DNA from: Gemmatimonadales bacterium
GTDB taxonomy: Bacteria; Gemmatimonadota; Gemmatimonadetes; Gemmatimonadales; GWC2-71-9
Length of the DNA stretch: 64,000 nt
Assembly (NCBI GenBank): GCA_036501385.1
Contig: DASYAK010000055.1
Location: forward strand, 6,032-70,031
Reading direction: 5' to 3'
Of the stretch, positions 20,616 through 29,544 are shown piece after piece (position 1 is the first letter of the stretch; the number at the start of each line of letters is the position of its first letter). A model generated the notes under the pieces. That model made no database searches and had not been told where the DNA came from. It worked only from the letters and a program-made list of their open reading frames with translations. The translations under genes were made by a program, and so were the position numbers.

Positions 20616-23321
20616 TCATTCTCCGCGCAAGGCCACATTCGGATCGACGCGCGCCGCACGCCGCGCAGGGAGCCATGCGGCCAGCACCGCCATCCCGAAG
20701 AGCACGATCACCGACGCCGCGACGATCGCCGGGTCGAGCGGCCCTACACCGAAGAGCATGCTGCCCAACGCGCGCGTCGCGGCTGCCGCCCCGGCCACAC
20801 CGATGATGAGGCCGATCGCCGTCAAGCTCAGCGCGCCGCGGAGCACCGATCGCACCACGACGCCCGCCGATGCACCCAGCGCCATGCGAATACCCAGCTC
20901 GCGGGTCCGCTGAGCGACCGTATACGACAGAACGCCGTAGATGCCGAGTGCCGCGATCACCAGCGCAATCGTGGCGAACGCGGTGAGGATCAACGCGTAG
21001 AACCGCGGACGAACCGCCGAGGCGGCAACATCGTCGTGCAGGGTGCCGTAGCTGTAGATCGTCGCGTCGGGATCGGCAGCGTGGACCGCCGCACGCACAC
21101 CCGGGAAGAGCCGCGCTGGATCACCGGCGGTGCGAATCAGCATCGACACATCACCTGGCAGCGTACCATAACCGACGTAGACGGTCGGCGGCGCGTCCCC
21201 GCTGAGCGAATCAAGTTTCACGTCGGCGGCAATTCCCACGATGGTGCCGCGCGACCTGAATGAATCGGCCGGCGATGCATCGATGTGATGCGAAATCCCG
21301 AGCACCAGCTCCTGCCCGATCGGGTCCGTGCCGGCAAAATACCTGCGCACCAGCGCGCGATTCACGATCACCACCGGCGGTACCTTCGGGCCTTCTTCCG
21401 CAGCGGTGAAGGTTCTCCCCCGCTCGAGCCTGATCCGCAGGGTCCGGAAATAGTCCGCCGACACCGGCAGGATGCGCGTTCGCGGCTCGTCGCTCGGCGC
21501 AACCGGCGGCCATCCGGTGATAGTAAATGACGTCGTCGCATTGAACGACGCCTGGCTGTCGAACGGACGTTCTGCGGCAACGGCAACGGCCTGGGTCCCC
21601 GGCAGCCGCCGCAGGCCACGCAGCACATCGTCGGTGAACCGGCGCGTCCCGATGTCGTCCTGATATCGCGGACCGCTTACGCCGATGTCGAACCCGATCA
21701 CCCGATCGCTCTGAAAACCGGTGTCCACCGCCAGAAGATGTTCGAAGCTCCGCAGCAGCAGCCCGGCGCCCACGAGAAGGACCAGGGCAAGCCCGATCTC
21801 GAGGACGACAAAGACCTCGCGCACACCGTGGCCGCCGCGATCCGCACCGCGTCCATTTTCGCGCAGTGACCGACTCAGCGATCCGGTGACCGTGTGCATC
21901 GCAGGGAGCAGGCCGAATCCGATTCCGACGATGAGCGCGATCGCCGCCGTCACGCCAAGAACCCCGAGGCGCACATGAATCTCGTCGGCGCGCGGAAGAT
22001 CGGCTGGTCCGAACAGCACTGCGAGGCGAACCAGCACGAACGACAGCATCGCGCCCACCACGGCACCGGCACCCGCGAGCAGCACGCTCTCGGTGAGGAG
22101 CTGGCGGATCAGCCGTCCGCGCCCCGCGCCGAGGGCGGTGCGCAACGCGAATTCGCCGCGGCGGGTCGAGCCTCGCACCAGCAGGAGATTCGCGACATTG
22201 GCGCAGGCGATCATCAGCACGAGAAAGACGGCGCCAAGAAGCGCGAACAGCGGCGTGCGGACGTCGCCCACGAGCGTCGAACCGAGCGGCTCGGCGCTGA
22301 TGCGGTATCCCTGATCCGAGTTGGGATAGCTCGCGGCGAGGAGTGCCATCGTTCGCGCGAGATCGCTGCGTCCGCGCTCGAGAGTCATGCCGTGCTTGAG
22401 ACGGCCGATGACAGACAATTCCCGGAGACCGCGATTGTCCACCTGCGTTTCCCACGCCTCCCAGACCATTGGCACCCAGATGTCAGGATGCCCGGGGAAA
22501 GTCAGTTGCGGATCCGCGACGCCGATTAACTGGTATGATCGGCCGGCAAGCTGGACCCTGGTGCCGATGACGCCGGAATCACCACCAAAAAGCCGCTCCC
22601 ACGCGCCATGACTCAAGACCACTACGTTGCCGGTCGCGGCCGAGTCTTCGCCGCGATGAAAGACCCGGCCGCGGATCGCACCGACGCCGAGCATGTCGAA
22701 GAACCCCGCGCCGACGCGTGCCTCGCTGACCCGAAGCGCGTCGTGGCCGGGGCGCACAAGATTGGTGTTGCGTTCGGCCTGTATCGGAACCAGCGCGGCA
22801 AAGGCGCTCGTTCCCCGTTGCAGGTCGAGAAAATCGAGCGGGGATATGTCGTCGCTGCCACCACTCTTGTCGAATGGCTGCAACTGAACCAGCTCGCCGG
22901 GATTCACGAACGGCAGCGGCCGCAGCAGGACGCTGTCGACGACGCTCATCACGGCGGTCGTCGCACCGATCGCGAGACCGAGCGTCGCAACGGCGATGAA
23001 CGTGAAACCGGGGGCGCGCCGGAGTTGGCGCAGCGCGAGACGCAGATCCTGCCAGAGGTCGCTCATCGATGCCTTCCGCTCCGCCGAGCGAAGCTGTCGA
23101 TCGTCGTGTACGCGAAGCCACGCCGACACCGAGTCGAGATCACCCAGTCGCTGTCGCGCAAGTGTCAGAGCCTCGTCGGGCGACGCGCCGTCGCGAGCAT
23201 AGTCACGCGCCCGCATGTCAAGATGAAAGTCCAGTTCGTCGCTGACGTCGTTGGCGACGTCAGGTCGCCAGAACCGGATGTAGCGCCGCCACCCGCCTGG
23301 GTTCGCGTCATGTCGGCTCAT
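20616..23321 (-). CDS. ADOP-type duplicated FtsX permease with an N-terminal prefix domain
   Basis: The ATG at 23321 lies 9 nt after the PadR stop. The prefix reads DVSDELDFHLDMRARDYARDGASPDEALTLARQRLG. The protein ends PARRAARVDPNVALRGE. Confidence 0.9.
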   Translation of the reverse strand: MSRHDANPGGWRRYIRFWRPDVANDVSDELDFHLDMRARDYARDGASPDEALTLARQRLGDLDSVSAWLRVHDDRQLRSAERKASMSDLWQDLRLALRQLRRAPGFTFIAVATLGLAIGATTAVMSVVDSVLLRPLPFVNPGELVQLQPFDKSGGSDDISPLDFLDLQRGTSAFAALVPIQAERNTNLVRPGHDALRVSEARVGAGFFDMLGVGAIRGRVFHRGEDSAATGNVVVLSHGAWERLFGGDSGVIGTRVQLAGRSYQLIGVADPQLTFPGHPDIWVPMVWEAWETQVDNRGLRELSVIGRLKHGMTLERGRSDLARTMALLAASYPNSDQGYRISAEPLGSTLVGDVRTPLFALLGAVFLVLMIACANVANLLLVRGSTRRGEFALRTALGAGRGRLIRQLLTESVLLAGAGAVVGAMLSFVLVRLAVLFGPADLPRADEIHVRLGVLGVTAAIALIVGIGFGLLPAMHTVTGSLSRSLRENGRGADRGGHGVREVFVVLEIGLALVLLVGAGLLLRSFEHLLAVDTGFQSDRVIGFDIGVSGPRYQDDIGTRRFTDDVLRGLRRLPGTQAVAVAAERPFDSQASFNATTSFTITGWPPVAPSDEPRTRILPVSADYFRTLRIRLERGRTFTAAEEGPKVPPVVIVNRALVRRYFAGTDPIGQELVLGISHHIDASPADSFRSRGTIVGIAADVKLDSLSGDAPPTVYVGYGTLPGDVSMLIRTAGDPARLFPGVRAAVHAADPDATIYSYGTLHDDVAASAVRPRFYALILTAFATIALVIAALGIYGVLSYTVAQRTRELGIRMALGASAGVVVRSVLRGALSLTAIGLIIGVAGAAAATRALGSMLFGVGPLDPAIVAASVIVLFGMAVLAAWLPARRAARVDPNVALRGE

Positions 23322-23330
23322 CGTGCCGGC

Positions 23331-23675
23331 TCAGGCCACGCCCGGAACGGTGCGGAGCACGCCGGTCACGGCGGCGGCGAAGCGGAGCCATTGCGCCGAT
23401 TCGGTCCGGAGGTGCCGCCGTCCCATTGCCGTGATGGCGTAGAAACGCGCGCGCCGATTGTTGTCGGAGACGCCCCACTCGGAGCGGACCAGTCGCCGGT
23501 CCTCGAGTCGGCGCAGCGCCGGATAGAGTGACCCTTCCTCGATGCGGAGTACGTCGCCGGTGGCCTGCTCGATCCACCGCGCCACACCGTAGCCGTGGGT
23601 GCGGCCGCCCAGCAGCGCTCGCAGGATCAGCACGCCGAGCGTTCCCTGCAGCAGGTCCGCCGATTCTCCCGCCAC
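23331..23675 (-). CDS. PadR family transcriptional regulator
   Basis: LLQGTLGVLILRALLGGRTHGYGVARWIE...GSLYPALRRLEDRRLVRSEWG. The GTG at 23675 was verified and is preceded by GGGAG. Confidence 0.85.
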   Translation of the reverse strand: MAGESADLLQGTLGVLILRALLGGRTHGYGVARWIEQATGDVLRIEEGSLYPALRRLEDRRLVRSEWGVSDNNRRARFYAITAMGRRHLRTESAQWLRFAAAVTGVLRTVPGVA

Positions 23676-23815
23676 GTCGATCTCCCTTGGCAAGACTATG
23701 GGAACGATACCGGCGGGTCCGATCCGGCGCAAGGCTCGCCACGCGCGCCGGCCGGTCGTTTTCCCTGTACCATCCGCTGCTGTGCAGCGCCGCAGGATCC
23801 GATCGTCGCAGGGGC

Positions 23816-24481
23816 ATGAACGCAGCGCCGTTTGTCCCGGAGCGGCCGACATTGTCGAGCCTCCGCCGGACGATGCAGGATTGTCGCGGCTGCCCGCTCT
23901 ATCGTCGCGCGACACAGGCCGTGCCCGGGGCCGGCAAGAGAGAATCCCGGATTCTGCTGGTCGGCGAGCAGCCTGGCAACGACGAGGACCTGACCGGCAA
24001 GCCGTTCGTCGGTCCGGCGGGGCGGATGCTGGATGAGGGGCTGGAGGCCGCGGGGATCGACCGCAGTGCCGCGTTCGTCACCAACGCCGTCAAACATTTC
24101 AAGTGGATGGCGGTCGAGGGAAAGCGACTGCACAAGAAGCCTTCGGCCCGCGAAGTCAGCGCCTGCCGGCCGTGGCTGACCGCGGAAATCTCGGTGGTGC
24201 ATCCCGACGTGATCGTCGCCCTGGGGGCGACGGCGGCACAATCGATTTTCGGCCGCGCGTTCCGCGTGACGCGCGATCACGGTGTTCCGGTCGACACGAC
24301 GCTGGCACCTCACGCGATTGCGACGATTCACCCCGCCGCAATCCTGCGCCAGCGAAGCGCCGCTGACCGCGAGCGCGAACGGGCAGCGTTCATCGCAGAC
24401 CTCACGATCGCGGCGCGGTTGCTCCGCTCGGCAACCACTGACGCGCGCCGCCAGACGGCAACCGAGCGCGGAAGAGGATGA
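23816..24481 (+). CDS. Family-4 uracil-DNA glycosylase, UdgX-like variant
   Basis: CRGCPLY, LLVGEQPGNDEDLTGKPFVGPAG, NAVKHFKW..GKRLHKKP, CRPWL and IHPAAILR. ATG at 23816. Confidence 0.85.
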   Translation: MNAAPFVPERPTLSSLRRTMQDCRGCPLYRRATQAVPGAGKRESRILLVGEQPGNDEDLTGKPFVGPAGRMLDEGLEAAGIDRSAAFVTNAVKHFKWMAVEGKRLHKKPSAREVSACRPWLTAEISVVHPDVIVALGATAAQSIFGRAFRVTRDHGVPVDTTLAPHAIATIHPAAILRQRSAADRERERAAFIADLTIAARLLRSATTDARRQTATERGRG

Positions 24482-24643
24482 AGGCGACCCGGAACGATAG
24501 AGCCCTCGATCCCTGCTCCATCGACGGTTGTGCAGCTACCAGGGAATGATGACGTCGAAAGCATGGCACCGGATGATCGCGGCAGGACATCGCCCGCCGG
24601 TGCGTTGCCTCGCGAACGTCAACGGGGCGGATGGGAAGCGACG

Positions 24644-25633
24644 ATGGAGCTGATTACGCGGGCGATCCTCGACGAGCCGTCCGGGCCGGCGGCCGGCATA
24701 ATCGCCGGCGGATACCTGGAACAGGCGATGAAGCGCACGGCACCGTTGATCGTCGCGCCCGGAGACGCGGAACGCGCCGGCGACCAGGCGATGTCCGAGG
24801 ACGTGCACGACTTCCGCGTGGCACTGCGACGCCTGCGGGGCTGGTTTCGCGTCTGCCACGATCCGCTCGCCGACACCGTGCCTGGGAAGAATCAGCGCGC
24901 GCTGCGCCGGATCTCCCGGCGGGCCGGAAAGGTCCGGGACCTGGAGATCGAGCAACAGTGGCTCCTGGCCCTGGACGATCCGGGCGCCGACGCAGCGACA
25001 ATCGTCGGGGCCAGCGACTTCACCCGCCGCGCCGGGCAGCGGCACCAGCGCAAACTGAAGCGACTTCGTCAAGCCGTGGCCGATGACTGGCCCCCGCTCG
25101 CCGAACGGCTGGGAGAAGAGTTGAACCACGACACACGGGACCGGTCTCGCGCGGCCCGCGGCCGCTTCGGAACCCATCTCGCGGCGGCGTTGCGGGACGG
25201 CCTGCAGGAACTTCGCCGCGCAGCCAGGCCTCGGCCGGCGATCACGAATGTCGCCGGCCTTCACGCGCTGCGCATCGAGGCGAAGCGCCTCCGCTATCTC
25301 CTCGAATCGTTCGATCCGCATTTCCGGCGCGGCGCGCGTACCCTGGCGCTCCTCGTCCGCGCGCAGGACGCCATCGGCGCGCTCCACGATGAACAGATGA
25401 TTGCGGCGCGTATCGGCGAAGAGTTGGCCAAGGACCCCGACGACCGCGGCCTGGTCATGCTGCGTCGCGTCGCCCGTCGCCGGATCCGGGAAGCGGCCCC
25501 AGCGGCGCTGAGTGCTGCACTCGCCATCGGCCAGGTGCAGGTCAGCCGCGACGTAACGGCGCTCGCTGCCCGTTGCGAGAGCCGGCGGCGCCAGGGAGCT
25601 GGATCGGTGGGTGGCTCCACGGCAGTCCGATGA
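24644..25633 (+). CDS. CHAD domain-containing protein
   Basis: VHDFRVALRRLRGWF and LHALRIEAKRLRYLLESF are CHAD helices. The start is uncertain (24530, 24563 and 24644 are in frame). Confidence 0.75.
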   Translation: MELITRAILDEPSGPAAGIIAGGYLEQAMKRTAPLIVAPGDAERAGDQAMSEDVHDFRVALRRLRGWFRVCHDPLADTVPGKNQRALRRISRRAGKVRDLEIEQQWLLALDDPGADAATIVGASDFTRRAGQRHQRKLKRLRQAVADDWPPLAERLGEELNHDTRDRSRAARGRFGTHLAAALRDGLQELRRAARPRPAITNVAGLHALRIEAKRLRYLLESFDPHFRRGARTLALLVRAQDAIGALHDEQMIAARIGEELAKDPDDRGLVMLRRVARRRIREAAPAALSAALAIGQVQVSRDVTALAARCESRRRQGAGSVGGSTAVR

Positions 25634-25664
25634 CTTGCTGTCCGAAGAGCGAACGCCTGGCGCG

Positions 25665-26183
25665 TTACGCCGCGTCGAGGCGAACAGACTTCAGCGACTG
25701 CCCCGATCGCCTTGCAATCGCCACGTAGAACGCCTCGAACCATTCCGCCCACGATGGCTGCGCGAACTCGTGCCGCATGCCTACCCAGATCGGCGCCACC
25801 TTGGGCCACGCCGCGAGGACGGGGCCGGACAGCAGATCATCGAGCAAGTCGATCGGCGCGAGTCCCCGCTTGAGCAGGAGTCCCATGCTTTCGAAGAAGA
25901 CGCTGACCACCATCAGCGAGACGTAGTCGTCGGCGTCGTTCCTGGCGCGAAATGCTTCGTACGTCACATAGTCCCAGCTGGTCACGCGACGGAAATGGCG
26001 GACAAAGGTGTCCTCGCCAAACGAGGCGTACAGCCGCATCGCGATCTCGGCGGTCCGGATGTGCCGCTGACCACGCAACTGCAGCAGTGCGATGATCACA
26101 CCGACGATGAGACAGGTCGACGCCCCTGCGGCAAGCAGGTGCTCGAGAGCGGCCGGGATGATTGGCATGACGAGAAGGTACAT
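25665..26183 (-). CDS. Hypothetical membrane-anchored protein (possibly DUF4760-like, which I cannot verify here)
   Basis: An N-terminal TM segment (LLAAGASTCLIVGVIIALLQL) is followed by a soluble helical region. Codon bias is consistent with coding. ATG at 26183. Confidence 0.55.
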   Translation of the reverse strand: MYLLVMPIIPAALEHLLAAGASTCLIVGVIIALLQLRGQRHIRTAEIAMRLYASFGEDTFVRHFRRVTSWDYVTYEAFRARNDADDYVSLMVVSVFFESMGLLLKRGLAPIDLLDDLLSGPVLAAWPKVAPIWVGMRHEFAQPSWAEWFEAFYVAIARRSGQSLKSVRLDAA

Positions 26184-26276
26184 CCCGGCCACGGCACGGT
26201 GAAGGCGCCGACCGGGTATACGAGGCCACGCAGCGGAAATTCAGGTCGATGTCGGGACCTCCTACGGCTTCGTCCC

Positions 26277-28940
26277 TCATTCTCCCCGCAACGCGGTGAT
26301 CGGATCGACTCGCGTGGCGCGCCGGGCGGGAATGAAGCACGCCAGCGTCGCGACCAGCGTCATCATCCCGGCCACACCGATGAAGATCACGGGATCAGTC
26401 GCGCTCACGCCGAACAGGAGCGAGCGCACCAGGCGCGTGAGAATCAGCGCGCCCACGAGCCCGACCGCGATCCCGATTCCAGCGAGCCTGAGCCCCTGTC
26501 CGAGGACCATGTTGAGCACGGCGCTGGCGCGCGCACCCAGCGCCATGCGAATCCCCAGCTCGCGCTGCCGCTGCGACACGGCGTACGCCAGCACGCCGTA
26601 GGTCCCGACCGCGGCGAGCGCCAGGGCGATGAAGGCAAACACCCCAAGGAGCGTCGCGATGAATCGCGGCCGGGAGATCGACGCGAGGACGACGTCGTCC
26701 ATCGTCCGCAGTTGCGCCACCGGCACCGCGGGATCGAGGGAGGCGACGATCCGGTGAATCGCCGGCGAGAGCGCGGCCGGCGCGAGCGGCGACCGCATCA
26801 CCACGTTCATGCTCGTGGGCGCGAACCCGAGTGTCCCCGGCGACTGCGCGTAGGGTATATAGAGCTCGGTTCCCGGTTTGGTGTCGATACCCTGCTGCTT
26901 CACATCCTTCACCACGCCGACGATGGTGAACCAGACGTTCGATCCCCCCAGTTTGACGCGCCGGCCCAGCGGGTTGACGCCCGGGTAGAACTTCTTCGCC
27001 AGTGTCTGGTTGATCAGCACCACGGGCGGCGACGTGGGTGCATCGGATTCCTGCAGGTCGCGACCGGCGATCAGACGGATCCCCATCGTCGACAGGTAGC
27101 CTGGGGTCACCCATTGCCAGTAATCGACGTTCAGCGGTGGCTGGCCCGGGGTCGGGGCGATCCCCTCGAATTGCGTGTCGTTGGCATTGATCGGCCGAAG
27201 CGGCGGCAACCCCTGCATCGCGGCCACGCCATTGACCCCCGGGACCGCGGCCAGGTCGTGCGTCAGACGCTCGAAGAACGCCACCCGCCGCATGCTGTCG
27301 GCATACGGGACCGGCGACAGCGACACCCGGAAGGTGGTCAACTGGTCGCGCTGGAACCCGGTATCGACGCTCAGCAGATTCCAGAGACTTCGGACCAGCA
27401 GGCCGGCACCAACGACGAGCATCACCGCCATCGCGATTTCCGCGATGACGAGGCCGCGCTGCACGCCGCGTCGAGCCGCACCGACCGTCGTGCGGGCGCC
27501 ACCTTCGCGCAGCATGTTGGCGCTGCCGTCTCGATCGATATGCAGCAGCGGCGCCATCCCGAAGAGTGCACCGGTGCCGAGTGCAATCGCGAGCGTGAAG
27601 AGAAGCACCACCGGATCGATGGCGACATCGGTGACCCGCGGCACACTCCCCGCATAGGCGGTGGTGAGCGCGTGCAAGCCGATCTTCGCCAGCAGCACGC
27701 CTGCGATCGCGCCTCCAATCGACAGCACCAGCCCCTCGGCGAGAAACTGGCGGACCAGGTGTCCGCGGGTCGCACCCAGTGCCAATCGAACGCCGAGTTC
27801 ACGCTGCCGTCCTGCCGCGCGCATCATCAGCAGGTTGGCGAGGTTGGCGCAGGCTATCAGGAGGACCAGTGCCACCGCGGCCTGCAGCACCCAGAGTGCG
27901 CGCCCCGCGCTCCCCACCATGTCGCCCAGGAGATCGTCGTACCGCAACCGGTGGGTCACGGCGTTGGGCGAGTGGTTCCCCTGCGACAGCGTCACGGATC
28001 CACCGTCGAGCACGGGCCACTCGTTCAGCATCCGCTCGAGGTCGACACGAGCCTGTTGCATGCTGACGCCCGGCTTGCGCCGGCCAACAAGGAAGAAGCC
28101 GTGCCCGCCGCGGTATTGGTTGACGTTCGCCGGGTCGAGTTGCGCCGCCGTCCAGATGCGGACGCCCTGATCGTGGACGTCGAACCCGGCCGGCATGATC
28201 CCGATGACGGTGCTCGGCACGCCACCGACCTCGACCGTCTTGCCGACGATTGGCGCACCGCCGAAGACGCTCTGCCACAGCTCCCAGCTCAGGATCGCGA
28301 CGGGTGGACCGTTCGGTGCGTCTTCCGTCGCCGAAAAGATCCGGCCGATCGCGGGCGAAACGCCGAGCGTAGTGAACAGCGACGCCGACGCAACCGCCGA
28401 GGTCACCCGGGTCACCTGCGCTCCGGAACCGACGTTGACGGCGTTGGTGGCGTACGTACCGACGTCGCTGAAGGTGCGGTTGCGCTGGCGCAATTCGATG
28501 AACTCGGCGCCGTCCAGTGGAAAGTGGTCGAGGCCGAGCCCGGGAAACTGCGAGGTGATGTAGACCAGCTGGTCGGCGTGCGGAAACGGCAGCGGCCGGA
28601 GGAGCACGCTGTGCACCACCGTGAAAATCGCGCTATTGGCGCCGATGCCGAGCGCGAGCGTGACGACGGCAACGATCGCGAGACCGGGGCTTCGCATCCA
28701 GCCTCGGAAGGCGTGGCGCACGTCCCGGCGGAAGCGCTCCCACCAGGTGAAGCGCCACATTCCGCGAGTGGCCTCGCTCACCTGCCCGAGATTGCCGAAT
28801 TGCCGCCGCGCCGCGGCACGCGCCGCCGCAGGATCGGCCCCGGCCGCGATCCGGTCACGCGTGGCCATGTCGAGGTGCGCCTGCAATTCCGCGTCGAGAT
28901 CACGATCGCGCTGGCTCCCGCTCGAGGGAAGCCTGGTCAT
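26277..28940 (-). CDS. ADOP-type duplicated FtsX permease with an N-terminal prefix domain
   Basis: The ATG at 28940 overlaps the PadR stop (ATGA). The prefix reads DLDAELQAHLDMATRDRIAAGADPAAARAAARRQFG. The protein ends PARRATRVDPITALRGE. Confidence 0.9.
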   Translation of the reverse strand: MTRLPSSGSQRDRDLDAELQAHLDMATRDRIAAGADPAAARAAARRQFGNLGQVSEATRGMWRFTWWERFRRDVRHAFRGWMRSPGLAIVAVVTLALGIGANSAIFTVVHSVLLRPLPFPHADQLVYITSQFPGLGLDHFPLDGAEFIELRQRNRTFSDVGTYATNAVNVGSGAQVTRVTSAVASASLFTTLGVSPAIGRIFSATEDAPNGPPVAILSWELWQSVFGGAPIVGKTVEVGGVPSTVIGIMPAGFDVHDQGVRIWTAAQLDPANVNQYRGGHGFFLVGRRKPGVSMQQARVDLERMLNEWPVLDGGSVTLSQGNHSPNAVTHRLRYDDLLGDMVGSAGRALWVLQAAVALVLLIACANLANLLMMRAAGRQRELGVRLALGATRGHLVRQFLAEGLVLSIGGAIAGVLLAKIGLHALTTAYAGSVPRVTDVAIDPVVLLFTLAIALGTGALFGMAPLLHIDRDGSANMLREGGARTTVGAARRGVQRGLVIAEIAMAVMLVVGAGLLVRSLWNLLSVDTGFQRDQLTTFRVSLSPVPYADSMRRVAFFERLTHDLAAVPGVNGVAAMQGLPPLRPINANDTQFEGIAPTPGQPPLNVDYWQWVTPGYLSTMGIRLIAGRDLQESDAPTSPPVVLINQTLAKKFYPGVNPLGRRVKLGGSNVWFTIVGVVKDVKQQGIDTKPGTELYIPYAQSPGTLGFAPTSMNVVMRSPLAPAALSPAIHRIVASLDPAVPVAQLRTMDDVVLASISRPRFIATLLGVFAFIALALAAVGTYGVLAYAVSQRQRELGIRMALGARASAVLNMVLGQGLRLAGIGIAVGLVGALILTRLVRSLLFGVSATDPVIFIGVAGMMTLVATLACFIPARRATRVDPITALRGE

Positions 28941-29299
28941 AGTTCCTCCGGGATCGGGGGAAGGAAGAGTCCCGCGAGGGCGTCGGACATCCGATCCCAC
29001 CGAGCCCGCTCGACGGCGAGCTGCTTCCGCCCGCGCGGCGTGAGCTGGTAGACCTTGACGCGCTGGCTGTTTTCCGACCGTTGCCATTCGGATGCGATCC
29101 ATCCCTGGCGCTCGATCCGGTGAAGGGCGGGATAGAGCGACCCGGTGTCGACCTGGAGCACGCCGCGCGTCGAACTCTGGATCAGCTGCACCAGGCCGTA
29201 GCCGTGCCGCGGACCCCAGCGAAGCGCCTGCAGAATGATGAGGTCGAGGGTCCCCTGAAGGATCTCGATGCGGGAGATCGGGGGGCGTCGTGATGCCAC
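28937..29299 (-). CDS. PadR family transcriptional regulator
   Basis: ILQGTLDLIILQALRWGPRHGYGLVQ...GSLYPALHRIERQGWIASEW. GTG at 29299, with GGAG 7 nt upstream. Confidence 0.9.
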   Translation of the reverse strand: MASRRPPISRIEILQGTLDLIILQALRWGPRHGYGLVQLIQSSTRGVLQVDTGSLYPALHRIERQGWIASEWQRSENSQRVKVYQLTPRGRKQLAVERARWDRMSDALAGLFLPPIPEEL

Positions 29300-29340
29300 A
29301 AGCGCGCTCCGGCTGGACGGTGTGCCGCTGGGGACGGTCA

Positions 29341-29361
29341 GGGTGTAGATAACCTACACCC
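29341..29361. promoter_or_regulatory. Perfect 8-5-8 inverted repeat GGGTGTAG-ATAAC-CTACACCC, a candidate PadR operator
   Basis: Read directly from the sequence. It lies 42-62 nt upstream of the PadR start at 29299. Confidence 0.45.
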
Positions 29362-29544
29362 TAGACGCGCCGCGGACTGAAATAGTTGCAGGGGATTCAA
29401 GTACAGGGGCGTGGCAACGGCCGACGGAGATCAGCCGATCCCCGACCGCCGCCGCCGAGGAGGTAGAGACCCTACTCCCATCGCGCGGCTGATCTCGCCA
29501 TTCGGATGATATGACGATCGGCTGGCTGGCGGGGTCAGGCGCCG

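Noticed and set aside
25611-29051. A 1146-aa ORF on the plus strand.
   Set aside because: It lies entirely antisense to the well-supported ADOP permease, PadR and small membrane protein genes. Its translation is low-complexity and rich in R, H, D and G, with no recognisable domain. This is the typical stop-codon-poor antisense frame of a high-G+C genome.
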